A DNA stretch of 64,000 nt from Saccostrea echinata (lineage: Eukaryota), in the NCBI RefSeq assembly GCF_033153115.1, contig NW_026889761.1, positions 17,794,001 to 17,858,000 of the forward strand, in the 5' to 3' direction. Shown piece by piece: positions 36,434 through 50,255 of the stretch (positions are counted from its first letter, which is position 1; the number at the start of each line of letters is the position of its first letter). A program made the translations under genes and the position numbers. Below the pieces are notes generated by a model. That model worked only from the letters and a program-made list of their open reading frames with translations. It had not been told where the DNA came from and searched no databases.

Positions 36434-39400
36434 TCAGACTGGTGGAGATATTGGAGGTTTGTAGTATTGTCTGCATCGCTCTTGGAAAGCCTTAAAAAGA
36501 TCATGAGTATATAATGAAAGAAAAACAAACATTAACTTTTGATCACCATCTTTTCACGTATTTTGGTTATTGCTCTATATAGTCTTTAATACATTAGTTG
36601 ATTTATATGCGAGAATGAAATTTTCGTGAGCATATGGTCTCGTGTAATTATGCAAAAATAAAGTTCTTATTAATAAAAAGTGATGTACAGTATATAATAG
36701 TTCACTAACAGTAACAAAGGGTTAGGCATTTAACATCAAAGTGAAGACCCACTAACAAAGACATAATTTTTCTTTGAATTTATTTGCTGACTTTGCATTA
36801 CAATGTACTTTCCCCAAGTGTTGAATTTTATCACATTTCTCAAAATTTATTTAATATTTGACAAAGAATGATTTATTGAATTTGCCACTAAGTCTATGTT
36901 TCTAAGGGTATTGTATATAATAATCATTGTTACCTTTAAACTTGTGTCTTTGACTACTTCTTCTACACATAGCTCTTGCTGCATTAATCTTAACTGAAAA
37001 AAGAAGATAAAATAGACAATACTTGTTATGGTCTTACCAAACAAAATACACCATAACCCCCAATAACAGTGAGTGTTAAACTAAATGATTTAACAAAGAA
37101 TTTGACTGGTGTTTGGAGATGTCATAATAATGTACAAAAGATTTACCATAAATCAAAATACAGTCAAACCTCAAACCTCGTTATCTCGAACTCGATGGGA
37201 CTAAGAAAAAACTTTGAGATAATTAAAAATTCGAGATATTGAGAGTAAAATACTTAAGAAATACGTGGTTGGGACTTCCAAATTACTTTGACAAATCCAT
37301 GGTATTCGAGATATCCATGTTCGAGATACCGAAGTTCAACTGTACATGTACCACCATCACCACTATTCTTTTAGAGATGTGATAATTGTAATGTATTTTC
37401 CTTTTATTCATATACTCGTAACAAAAGGACATCATCTGTTCTCACAGTATCATCGTTAACGAGAAATAGAAGATGTAGATAAGAACTAATGCATGTGTTC
37501 ACAACTTAGCTATACATTAGATAAGAACTAACGCATGTGTTCACAACTAAGCTATACATTAGATAAGAACTAATGCATGTGTTCTCAAATTAGCTATAAA
37601 TATTTAATTTCACATTTATTTTGCTTTTAGAGTGTGTGGAAAGCAACAGCATTCAGAACACCATAGGGGGGCATGGGGGTGGGGTTGGGGTGGGGGCATG
37701 GGGGCGGGGTGGGATGGGGGTGGGCGGCGAAAATCAAAATTCATGCTCAAATTGAACAGAAACTGTTGCAATCAAGGCTCTTCCATTAAACATAACTTAT
37801 CCAAAGTATAATACAGGGATTAGAAATATAAATCACATTTGAAGTCAAAGCAAGGAGTTAAAAAATGTAAATGTAAGTCAATTTTTTAGAAAGATGTAGT
37901 CTAATAACTGCAACGGTGTATGCAAAATGCGTTCGTTACTCATTGACAATTTGTTTGCACACACCGTTGCAGTTATGAGACTACATCTTTCAAAAAATAA
38001 TGATTCAATGCTTTTAAAAGTATACCTTAGATAAGAATTAATGCATGTGTTCTCTAATTAGCTTTACCTTAGTTTGTTCTTTACGTAAATTCTTCGTTAG
38101 TTCATAGTCATCCATATTGTTTTCCCGTTCCTTTCGTAGTATTTCTACTTTTTTGGACAATAGAGCGACACAGGATTTAATTGCTGTCTCTCTTTTCTCA
38201 TACTCCTTACTCAGCTGTAAAATATAGCAGATTCTATTATAATACATTTGAAAATAGTAAAAATTGATACTACAATTAAATAAACATAATGTACAAATAA
38301 ACATGCAATAAATTATGTCTATTCTGGACACCAATGATTAAAAAAATTACTTAAAATCCAGAATGAATGTGAAAAGGAAAAAATATGTCATGATTTAGGA
38401 GTTACTTCCCTTACTTTGTTGGTTAAATTTTACATTGGGATCGTTGTTATTCCTTTTTTTAAGAGGGGATACTCTGTTTTGTGGTGTCTCTCTTTAATTA
38501 AGTTATCAATGACATAATAATAATTTATATGTCTGATATTATATAAAAAAAAGGATTTACTGACAAATAAAAACAATTTAACTGCCAAGTTTCTCATAAA
38601 TCTATTTAGATACAGAGGGGGTAGTATTTTTTGATCTCAAGCTTCATTTGCAACTTAACGATAAAAATTCAGGTGCCTGTTCTAGGATGTATCTTTGATG
38701 CAAGTTTGGAAGAAACATTCATTTATTACATACTTAGTAATAAATACAGGTTTTTTGCATATGCGATATGCCTGATGTCACTATAGCCCTATCAGCTTTC
38801 AGGGCTGATATGGATCCTGCAGGGCTGATATGGATCTGCAGGACTGACACGGATTTACATGTATATCACACCCTTAGTAGATTAAACCTTTAAAAAACAG
38901 TACTTCTGATAATAACCCATTTTGTTGTTCACATTCTCTTCATTTTTAATTACTGTTCTTTGATTATTAACTTGTTTTTTCTCAAGTTGATGTGTGCTGT
39001 ATTTTATTACTAAGTATGTTATAAACATAATAAAACATACCCTTTTCCACATCACATCCTGTATCAGCCCTTGAGCAATATCAGCCCTTGGGCCTTCGGC
39101 CCTCTGGTTCTCTGGCTGATATTGGTGTCTCGGGCTGATACAGGATCTGATATGGAAAAGGGCATGTATTTTTCTCTATGTATTATGAAGAACTGATACA
39201 TTGTATTTTCTTTGGAAATAAACATCTTTACAAAATCTGGATCTTAGTCAATATACATCTTAGCAATGTAGATAAAAAACCCCAAAATAAATTCTCATTG
39301 GAAAAGTAAACATTTTCCTCCATGAGAATAGGCCTGTTATATCCCAGGTCTCAAACATACTCATCATCACAAGCCATTTTATTTCCACAAATTGTGGTTG

Positions 39401-41214
39401 TCCTTTGAATTTCTCTTGTTCTCGTAAATATTAATAACACACATTCAACCAATGGAATAATAATCTGACACATCAAGTCAGAAACTTTTTGTCCAATGAA
39501 AATGATCTGTTTATTTTGTATTTGGATGTAACCATAACCATGAGATGTAACTCAACTTCGGTTGAAATTTCCTCAACTAAATGAGTGACGCTATTCAGTG
39601 TATTCAGACATCTGCATTTGAAACCCTGTCTTTAAATGTTAAGCTTTGTAAATATTTTAGAATATAAGTAACTTGCCTCTGTTCTTCAGGATGTATCATA
39701 TTTTTATTAATAAATCTGCCACACACAGCAACTATGAATTCATTATGAGCAATGCCATGTAAATGTACCCAAAAGTGCCACAGAGTGATTTCATTGGTCA
39801 AGATAAATCTGGTATCACTTGATTCAATGATGCAAGAACAAGAGAATTTTGTAGTGGACAGCCAAGGTTTTGTGAAAATAAAATGGACACAAATCCTGTG
39901 GCTTGTGATGATGAAAAATATGTTTTATACATGTATACCTCTTTATATAAGCTTTCACATTTGGTGGTCCTATCTGCAGGGAAGGATATTGTAGGCAGGG
40001 AGGAATTCAATGTGTTAATGATTCTATCATCAACCAATCTGTGCTTCTTCAGCTGTTCCTGAAAGTGTTTTAAATCATACTGGTCACATAAGTGTTTTAA
40101 ATCATACTGGTCATATACATACATATAATTTGTTAATTTAATTAACAAAATTAAGCAAATACTTCAAAATTAAAACACACTTATCTAAAATATTTCTGTT
40201 CTCTGTAACCACGTACACTTTTTGGCATACATGGTCACCTCTATATTCATTAATGATAGTGTCAAGAAAAACAATAAATATATATTTCATAATAAGAAGG
40301 TAATGGCACATTATTCTGAATATAACTTTCATGGTTGCAATGGTAACACAGTGTAGCCACATAAAATTTGTTGCTAAGTTATGATTTATGTTGCTATCTT
40401 AGGGAAAAACATGGAAAATCAACACTGCCAAATATACTGGTTTTATTTTTATGAATGAGGACAGAAATTTAAAATGTAAACAATGCAACTGTGTCCAGGC
40501 TGACGCCCCTTTAAAGTTAAGAAAGGCCAAAAAAATAATATAGTCTTGTTTCCTGCTGAAAAAATAGGGTAGGTAGGTGGGAAAATTATTTTATTTTATT
40601 TTTTTATTTTTTCCGATGGCATTTTTTTTTTTATATGAAATAATAAAAGATCAAATTAAACATGTCCAAGGTCAATATTGTCTTTAAAATTAAATTTCAT
40701 GTTTTTTGATGCACAACTCCATTGGTATTTTATGAAAGTCCATATTTAAAACAGAGAATTTCATGAAATGCTTGTTTTTGTGTTAACACAGAAACTGATT
40801 ACAGTGTTTATTTGTGATTATCTAACACTAAACTATGTCTTATGCAACCAAAAATAAATAAATATGTATATCATCTGATTTCCAAGATATAATTAAGAAT
40901 CTTTCACACAAATCAACCTTAGAGGTTACGAATATTTTTCTAAGGCTGTAGATGAATTAAAAATACATAATATTTTGAGTGAATATTTCTAAATGTAATA
41001 ACCTCTAGAGGAAATTCGAGTCTTACAAAACAATAACGACAAAAATGAAACATCCTTACATTTCTTAAATTAGCAAGAATGATACTTTTACAACTTTAAA
41101 AATCCATAGTAGGAAGCATATGTGGATATAATGTAACACTACCTGAAATGCTAAGAAATCGTCACATAAATCGCATGGTAGGTCATTTTCATGCTTGGCA
41201 CTGGAGGCAGCCAT
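36434..41214 (-). CDS. MIX23: Mitochondrial intermembrane space protein MIX23 (CCDC58), 151 aa
   Basis: Exons 41214-41143 (MAASS..CDDFLAFQ), 40058-39939 (EQLKKHRLVDDRIINTLNSSLPTISF..KCESLY), 38214-38068 (RETAIKSCV..LRKEQTK), 36993-36934 (LRLMQQELCVEEVVKDTSLK), 36490-36434 (AFQERCRQYYKPP*). All phase 0. Confidence 0.93.
37161..37342. mobile_element. Tc1/pogo-type MITE (TA TSD)
   Basis: ta|cagtcaaacctc..tatctcgaac ... gttcgagataccgaagttcaactg|ta; related remnants at ~49915-50040 and ~58794-58937. Confidence 0.75.
37477..37597. repeat. ~42-bp tandem repeat x3
   Basis: agataagaactaatgcatgtgttcacaac.tagctatacatt; a fourth copy sits at the MIX23 exon 3 donor (38029-38065). Confidence 0.85.
37882..37996. 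repeat. Palindromic hairpin element
   Basis: gaaagatgtagtct.ataactgcaacggtgt.tgcaaa / tttgca.acaccgttgcagttat.agactacatctttc. Confidence 0.8.
38729..39172. mobile_element. Non-autonomous element: IR-bounded segment plus terminal palindrome
   Basis: IR catacttagtaataaa (38729) / tttattactaagtatg (~39018); hairpin ~39034-39172 centred on gggccttcggccc; gggctgata repeated internally. Confidence 0.6.
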
Positions 41215-41496
41215 GTTTAATTGTGAATTCTCGGCATGAGGAGATCGAATGAAAGAAAGGACAATAATTTTTTTTTTATTTCATTACAACTGAGAAAAAT
41301 ATTTTTTGAATAAATTTACCCCAAACCAAATTTTTTTCTAGATCAAAAATATATGTAATTTTCCGGGAAATCAGCTGTTGGAAAACGCATGCTCGGTTCG
41401 TCTGAAGTAAAATGGTGGTTTCGTCTTAGAAAGGAAGAAAGAAGCCATATAAAGTTTCTAAAAACACTTGATTTATGAACCTAAATGCCTTACGAT
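41215..41496. promoter_or_regulatory. Putative bidirectional promoter and 5' UTRs between MIX23 and importin-alpha
   Basis: Divergent genes. A likely non-coding first exon of importin ends at donor GTGAGT (41497), because the ATG at 41799 is directly preceded by ttttag. TSS positions are unknown. Confidence 0.55.
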
Positions 41497-41798
41497 GTGA
41501 GTAGAAGTCATAAATGTACCCTGACATATCTTATAATAGTGACATTTCTGTATGATCGTGTGATTTGATGTTGTTGATAGTAAATGTGTCAGTCACAAGT
41601 CTGAATAACTGAAAAAACATCACATTAGTCATGACGTTCTTTGTTATCTCCGCCTTATTTTAACTTTTGTTGACATCATTTGAAAGACAAAAATTAGAAT
41701 TGATCAGTAGAATGCTTTCATCCAGAGGTGCAAAACATTAATTGCAAAGAACAAGGTTCAAAGTTGAATTATTTAAGTAAATTAATTCCATATTTTAG

Positions 41799-44043
41799 AT
41801 GTCATCTAATGCAGAAAGTCCAGCCAACAGGCTCAAGTCTTACAAAAACAAAGCACTAGACTCACAAGAACTCAGACGAAGGCGTGAAGAGGAGGGGATC
41901 CAGCTCAGGAAACAGAAAAGAGATGAACAGGTAAACACAGGTGAAAGTAGGTAAACACAGGTGAAAATATTGGATTAAACAAAAGATTGCCTTAGGCTGT
42001 TCATTGTAAACTCAAAACATGTACAAATTAAAAGGTGATAAAAATAAAACATTTCAGTGGTAAGTGATTTATTACTTTTGAACACATAATGAATTAAACA
42101 ATTTGAGTAGAAACAAGTTAAGGGGCATTATAAGACACGCATTGCCGTTTTGTTTATCATTTTGGCATATTTGATTTTCTCATTTAAATTATTTAAAAAT
42201 AATTTCAGTGTAAGGATTTGAACTAAATTGAAAATTCTTAACATTAATTGTAATCAAAAGTAAACCTACTAAATAACTATATTGTTTTTTTTATGAAGTT
42301 CCATGTGTGTAAAGAATGAAATAGTAGAAATTGACCTTATGAAAATTTGTAGAACTTTTATATAACAAATGAATGTGGTTACTCTAAATGTGTACAATAC
42401 AGAACTGATTACTCAGCATTTAGTAATCTTTTTAAACAACATGAACAAGGTTTAGTACATTATTACAAATTTCCTCTTGTAGCTTTTTAAAAGGAGGAAT
42501 GTTTCCATGCCAACTGGAGGTCCAGAGGATTTTGCTGGAGGAAATATCCATGACAGTACAGTTAGCTCAACCCCATACACTGTGAGTTCAGATCTCATGA
42601 TTAAGCTTAAAGGACTTATCGCATGTTTCTAAATTATTTGAAATCAAAAGCGTAAAACGTTCCTTATAACCACAGTTTATAAATTTTGTGTTTTTGCTGC
42701 AGATAAACCGCGGTAATTAACCAATTATTGACTCAAATGAAAACCCCTGAATTAAAAATCTAAGTTTATTAGATAGCGATCACGTGACCCTGTGACGTCA
42801 AAGGCGACAATGGCTGATCAGCTCTATAGTTAATCTTACTAAAATATACGCGATACAACATGAATATTCTGCATTGTGGACGACCATTTCACTGATTTTA
42901 TCGATATGAAATTGAATATCCAACCTTATATTTTAAAGTTGTCATCAAGAAAAAATCTGAAAAATCTGTTAACATATAGCAGCGACGATATCGAAAGAGA
43001 CGCGGCGAAGACGAAGAAACTCGCCATCACAATACAATTTGATTTGTCATCTTATCACATGTATTAACTTCATTGATTTACAAATTTAATATTATATAAC
43101 TGTTATTCTTCGTTTTTAGCATAATATTAATTTACTTATGTTTTGTAAAGGATGGCAGTCTTGAAAAATAATTTTCCGATCACGAAACATTGCCGTAATC
43201 GGAGCTGTACAGATTCTGAATGTTTCGAATAAAAAACGAAAATATCTCAAAAGCCTTATACCTTAGAACTAGTTAATGTTTCTATAGTAATTAAAAAGCA
43301 CGCTAGGAATTAATTTTTTCAGCATTTTTCTTAATTAAGCTGCATTTGTCGTCGATAACTCCGTAAATCGTTTACATATTCTCATCTCTCTATCACTGAA
43401 TTGTCGCATATGACGTCAGAGCAGTATTTCGCCGAAATCCGACTGAAATATGCATATTGCCGTATTTGAATTTCAACTTTCAATATCTCTTAAAATATGC
43501 TTTCAATAACGTTTATTGTATTCAGTATTTTAACAAACAAGGTTGTAGATAATATTTTTCATAAAATCACGATTTTTGAAAGATCATGCGATAAGTCCTT
43601 TAACTTTAAATAATTTATGAATCATACTTTCACATAAATTACCTGAATCTGATTCTTCAAGATACATTTGTGAAAAAAAAATACTATTACTCTCTGAATG
43701 ATGAGACCATGCTCTCCAGCATGATAAAACATAGCAACAGTCAACATTGCTTGATGACTGGTGATATTCCAAAAAATGTTGACTGCTCAGAAATTATGTC
43801 TTTGTACAAAACATTCAGTATCATATAAAAATATTGCATGTAGTTAAGGGTAAAATTGAAAATTTTCACCTAGAGAAAACCATTGTCACTCAGGGGTAAG
43901 TTTTATGATCAATCCAACTTCCTGTTTAACCAAACAGGTTTTGTAGTCTTAAAAAGAAAATTTATCAGCTGCCCTTTGCTAATGAGGACTGCAATGTAAG
44001 ACAATGGTCATACTTTATTGCATTGAAATATGGGACTAAGGAG

Positions 44044-44074
<31 letters not shown>

Positions 44075-47000
44075 CAAATTCATATTTTATTCTGAAAATT
44101 CTGTTGTACTTGACAGGGAGGCATTACTCAGGAAATGATCCAAGTGTTGTACAGTGAAAATGTGGAAGAACAAGAAGCAGCAACACAGAAATTTAGAAAA
44201 CTCCTGTCCAGAGGTGAGAAAAGACTTCTGTAATCAGGGATTTAAAATATGTTAACATCTTAAAATCTTATATGGGGAAAATACTGATAAAAATGTTTAA
44301 CTAAACACTGAACAATATTCAGAAAAAAATAGATAATTTTATGAAATCTGGTACAAGACTTTGAGGGAATGTAGTACAAATTACAGGATATTTAGTGCAT
44401 ATGCCATCAGTCTTGCAAGATGCTGTGCCTATAATTGCTTTGGTTTCTACTGATATCCAAACATATTAAAAACATTATTAACAAATTAAAATATTTTTGT
44501 CTATGTAGAGCCAAACCCACCAATAGATGAAGTAATTCAGACAGGCATTGTTCCAAGATTTGTTGAATTTCTACAGAAGGATGGCAACTGCTCTTTACAA
44601 GTTTGTATCACATATATTTCTACAATATTAAAAAATATATATATTGCAAACTCTTTTTTAGCTCTTAGTCAGCTCACATTACAGTGATCAAACACCGAGA
44701 AAGGACATGTCCATTATGACCTGAATCATTGAAAAAGACTGTGTAAATTTTAGTGTTTTCTAAACTCTAGTTTGAAGCTGCCTGGGCCCTCACAAACATA
44801 GCATCAGGTACCTCCCTACAAACCAGAGTGGTGATAGAAGCAGGTGCTGTGCCAATATTTATAAAATTGCTTGCATCAGATATAGAGGATGTACAAGAAC
44901 AGGTGAGATATATACATACTTCACAGGTAAAAGTGCATGTGTCATAGGTGAGACATTACCTATTTCATAGGTCACACATAACACAGGTTTATTCTTGCTT
45001 TATGACAAAGGATTTTCAATTTCAATTTGTATAAGTGGCAAGGAAAATTGTAAAAGTTTTGAACTTAATTAAATCTTTCTGCTAGGACATGTATGTCTAC
45101 ACTTCCTGAGTTTAAGGTGTAACTTTGTAATGTACATGTATTTTATTAAGAAATAACTTTGTTATTTGTTTTTCATGACGTAAAGATATGATGAGCTTTA
45201 CTTTCCAAGGTCAAAGTTATTGAGCATTTAGATGTTCAAGTTGTATCACAAGTCAATTCTGAGTTTTAATCTTAAATCTTTAATTTTCATGGATTATACG
45301 CACATTTAAATATAATTTCCTAATGATTTCATTAATCTTGACTCAAAGTTATGTCACCAGGCCATGATTGCACATTCAACTTTAAATTCATAATATACAT
45401 GTATAATTGTGTAAATATGCAAAGAAAAAAACTGTTGGTGTAATAGTATTCACTGCTATTGTTTGGGGATTTCAAAAAAATTTAATGTGTTTTGTGTATT
45501 AACAATATAGACAATATCTGATATTGTACAGGCTGTGTGGGCTTTAGGAAACATTGCTGGAGACAGTCCGGAATGTAGGGACTATGTACTGAACGAAGGA
45601 ATCCTGGTCCCTTTGTTACAGTAAGTGTCCAGTTTATAGCCTTCCTTTGATGACGGGATCAAAGTTGGCAGTGGGATATTTTACAACATTCGTATGATTT
45701 AAGAAATTAAGAAGATATGCATGTTAAAAGAATGGAAGTGACAGAGTAATGATTGTCTTGCATTGCAAAATACCTTATCCACATACATGTATTAAGGGAT
45801 TGATGCAGAGGACTATAATATGCATGTATAATATCAGAAAATTGTTTGGTACTTTCATTTAAAAATATCAAAAATTGATTTGTCTAGTAATTTTTGACTA
45901 ATAACGTTATCTTTTCTCAGATTATTAAGCAAAAATACCAGCAGTTTATCTATGACCAGGAATGCAGTATGGTGTTTATCTAATTTGTGTAGAGGAAAAA
46001 ATCCCCCTCCAGATTTTGCAAAGGTAAAAAAAATATTTCAATTATACTTCAGTTTGACTTTTTTTTTGTTTAGTAAAGAGTACTATAAAATACAGTTGTT
46101 CTAATGTATGCCTATAACTGCTTGTCAGTGGTCGCACCATGAACTTTACAATAGAAAAATTCCTTTTATTATTAAATGGGGGGGGGGGGGGGGGGTTAGG
46201 TTACAATATTGCGAGTATAATTTGGTTTTGTTTTAGGTTTCTCCCTCCTTACCTGTGTTAGCCAGACTGCTGTTTCACACAGATAAAGATGTTCTAGCTG
46301 ATGCATGTTGGGCATTATCTTACTTATCTGATGGTCCCAATGAAAAGATTCAGTCTGTGATAGATTCAGGGGTGTGTCGTCGACTGGTGGAACTACTCAT
46401 GTAAGTTTGTAAAAAGGGACAGCCTATCTGACAATGTGATGGTAACATTCATTTAGATTCAGTGTCGTTAAGGCAGTTTCAAAAACTTGTTGAAGGAAGA
46501 TTTTACTTTGAGAAGACTCTGATGACTTAAATAAGAATTCTTGTTAGAAATATTTTTGAAACATGAAACCATAGAAAAGTGAGTGTAAAATTACGACCAT
46601 TGAATTTGTAGGTATACACATCAGAGTGTTGTCTCGGCAGCCCTCCGAGTTGTTGGAAACATAGTAACGGGAGATGATTTTCAAACACAGGTATTGATTG
46701 AATTTATCCTTTTACATGCAATAAATTCTTGTTGTATATTCTTGCATACTGTAAAAAAAATGTTCAGTATGTTATAAATTATTAGCATCTGTTCAAACTT
46801 AACTGGAATGGATTTTTTTTTCTAGATTATCTTGAACTGTTCTGCTCTGCCTTGCTTGTTACATTTACTCAGTAGTTCTAAAGAATCAATACGAAAGGAG
46901 GCATGTTGGACAATTTCAAATATAACAGCAGGAAACAGAATGCAAATACAGGTTTGTGTTCTGAAAATATACTTCATATAAAATTCACATACAACAGCAG

Positions 47001-50000
47001 GAAACAAAATGCAATACAAGTTTGTCTGCTGAATATGTACACTTTGTGTAAAATTTACTTAGAAAATTACTAACATTCAGACTCACAGAATTGAAATTAA
47101 ATGTTCATTCTTAAAAGTTGGATAAAGTCAAAAATCATGCTTAAGGGTTTCAACCCTAAAGCTAGTGGGAGGACTTAAAATTTTGCACACTAATAGACCT
47201 AATTACATATCTATAAAAAGGAGTTAGGAATAAAGGTAGAGAAAACATGCATCGTAGATGTGAAATTTAAAGAAAAGTTGAAAAAGATTATGCTGATCTA
47301 TATTATGAAGCTTTGTAATAAACATGACATGATTTCAATATGAAAATTGCTATTTTTGTTTAAGAAGAGGAAATATTATTTAGATACTGTTGTACACTTA
47401 AGTGTTTTATTTTACAGATAGTACAAGATACAAGCATAAATACTTATTGTTCTTTTTATTGAATTGACAATTTAAGATTTTTTTTGTAGTGTGTCATTGA
47501 TGCCAATATATTTCCTGTTTTGATTGATATTCTGGGTAAAGCTGATTTTAAGACAAGGAAGGAGGCAGCATGGGCTATCACTAATGCCACATCAGGGGGG
47601 TCACCAGAGCAAATCAGGTAAAATATTGAAAACCACATGAATATAGAAATCTTGGTCAACCAGGTAAAGCTCTGGTCAGTCAAATATTATAGAAATCTAT
47701 ATAAAATACATGTAGGTAAATGATGAAAACCAGGTCATTCATTTGAATATTATAGAAACTATGTCATTAAGGTAAAGATCAGAATATGGTCAGTCAAGTA
47801 AATAAAGAAATCTAGGTCAATGAGATAAATATAGAGAAACAGGTCAGGTAGGTAAATACAGTCAACTACTGTACAGCAGGAAATTAACTCGCGGAGTTAA
47901 TATTCACTATATTCGCGGAAATAAAAATTCCGCGAATTCAACATACAGTGAATAATTCTTCAAAAATTGATAAGGATAAATTGAAATATTACCAATATCT
48001 GTGATTAGATACGTTAACTCTATTTGCGTTTCCTTGCAAACATAAAAGCAGTAATTAATATATAGCGGAGATGTAGACACGTAGTTGTTGTTTTTTTTAA
48101 GCTTAATTGATAAATAAACATCCATAACTAACATTTAATTCTGCCAACCAGTAGAGGTGCGATGTAATTATCTATGAAACATGTATTGTTAGATTTCACT
48201 CATGCATATCACTTGGTCTTATTATCTTTAATCAAGGCACTTACGTAGTAAAGACAACACTGTTACACATTAATTCAATTTTATTAACAGTTCAACATTT
48301 TGACTATCGGTACTGACAACTGATCTAGATTCAGGGGGATATAAATATACTGCAGTAAATACTACTCTGTACTCTACTCAAAACATACCTATGAACGAAC
48401 ACCTGCCAAAGGGCTTCATTTTTTTTTTTACATGTATGTTTTGGATACGACTGGAAATCACTTGAATAAATCACTCGAGAATAAACTCATATGTATTTCA
48501 AAAATATTTAATAAAAAGAAAGAAAGAAGAAAATTTATCTGAATGCGTAACCTGTAAATCGTACAACATTTTGTCTTCTAATCGGGATAAGTATGGTGTT
48601 TATTTCTATTTAATCGGGTTCAGAATCGACACAATACGCAAGGAAAATATTTGCAGTGCTGAAAAAGTTTTTGCATAATTTTTCCTTTCCGCGAATTCAA
48701 TCGACCGCGATTTGCTGCAAGTTGAACAAATCACGATCTTTTCCGACCGCGATTTTAACCTGCTGTACAGTATTTGTAGTGTTTGAGAGCCTAAGTTAGC
48801 CCCATGATCCACACAAAACAACTGATTTCAAAGTAAAGACATTTTTGATTGCATCCCACGTGAAATTAATGTAAGGACATTTTGATGCCTGCTGTTATGG
48901 TACAGACATATTTAAAATAATCTTTTTTCAGTGTTTTCATTTTGAGGACTAAGCATATCTTACTTTGACCTGTTCGGATTTTTCCTGTAGGTTTTTGGTA
49001 GACCAGGACTGTATCCCTCCTCTGTGTGATTTACTGACAGTGATGGATGCTAAGATTGTACAGGTGGCTCTTAATGGTTTGGAAAATATTCTACGACTTG
49101 GAGAGCAGGACGCTAAAAATCACAATGGCACAAATCCATATGCTGTTTTAATTGAGGAATGTTATGGTAAGGATTATCCAGATAATCTCTGGAAGTCTTT
49201 AATTTATCCCTGATGACAGCTTAAACATGCACGCACCTTAATTTAAATTAATTTATAAAGTTATTAATGCTTTACAATTTAATGTCAAAAGACTGAGTAG
49301 AAATCACAATTATGATGATTTTAAATTTTAATGTCTCGTTTTCTGTTGGTATTGGAGAAATTCCAAATTTTTTTGGTATTTTGGCAATAGAAAGTGTAGT
49401 TCACACATAACCTTATGGTTATTGTGGTATTATTTTACACATAGCACAAAACATCTCCAGAAGATATGTGGACACCTTCACTCAATAAATAAAGGTTAAA
49501 ATTTTTTGGATGTCATGGTTTTTTAGAACACCTGAGTCTTAGGCTCAGATTAGTCTAAGGCTCAGGTGAGTGTTGTGGCACATTGGCCTCTTCTTCACTC
49601 ACGTCTGAAAATATGACAAACTGACAACATAAATTTCAGTCAGAATAATAAATATTGCAACTTTTCGAATTTTGTACAAAGAAGCAAACTTTAGAAATAA
49701 ATTTGAATAAAAACCGTATGTGCTTTAAAAAGTTCATTTGAATTGTACAGTGAATATGAAATTCATAAAATTAATGAACATCTGTGAAAAGAGATTTATT
49801 TTTGTTATTTAAGAAAATGAATATTTCTCTTTCTGATTAACTTTTCTTATATAAACCAATGAATTTATTCTAAAATTAAAGTTGAGTTCTTCTTGAAGAA
49901 CTAACATTTATAGTACAGCCAAACCTTGTTATTCGATGGGACTAAAATTTGTAGATCTCTGAGGATTCGAGATATCAGTGGTTGGGACTTCCAAATCACT

Positions 50001-50255
50001 TCAACATATCCATGGTATTCAAGATATCAGTGTTTGAGATACCTTTTTCCTCTGTATGTAGGTTTAGACAAGATAGAATTTCTACAAAGTCACCAGAACA
50101 GAGAAATCTACCAAAAAGCTTTCGACATGATTGAGCGATATTTTGGAACGGAGGAGGAGGATAAAGCTGTTGCCCCTCAGCTGGATGAAAACGCTCAGCA
50201 GTATGAATTTAACGCACCTGCTGAAAATGTTCCCATGGGCGGTTTCCAGTTCTAG
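41799..50255 (+). CDS. KPNA6: Importin subunit alpha, alpha-1 clade (KPNA1/KPNA5/KPNA6-like)
   Basis: 13 coding exons: 41799-41930 ([34 protein letters not shown]), 42483-42581, 44117-44213, 44509-44600, 44771-44902 ([13 protein letters not shown]), 45532-45620, 45921-46023, 46237-46400, 46612-46690, 46826-46951, 47490-47617, 48991-49166, 50062-50255 (PMGGFQF*). The symbol denotes the clade, not 1:1 orthology. Confidence 0.95.
42611..43599. mobile_element. Non-autonomous DNA transposon, TTAA TSD (Kolobok-like)
   Basis: ttaa|aggacttatcgcatg ... catgcgataagtcct|ttaa. Confidence 0.85.
47869..48770. mobile_element. Tc1/mariner-type MITE, TA TSD
   Basis: ta|ctgtacagcagg ... cctgctgtacag|ta; absent at the homologous site of the duplicate (~57665). 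Confidence 0.88.
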
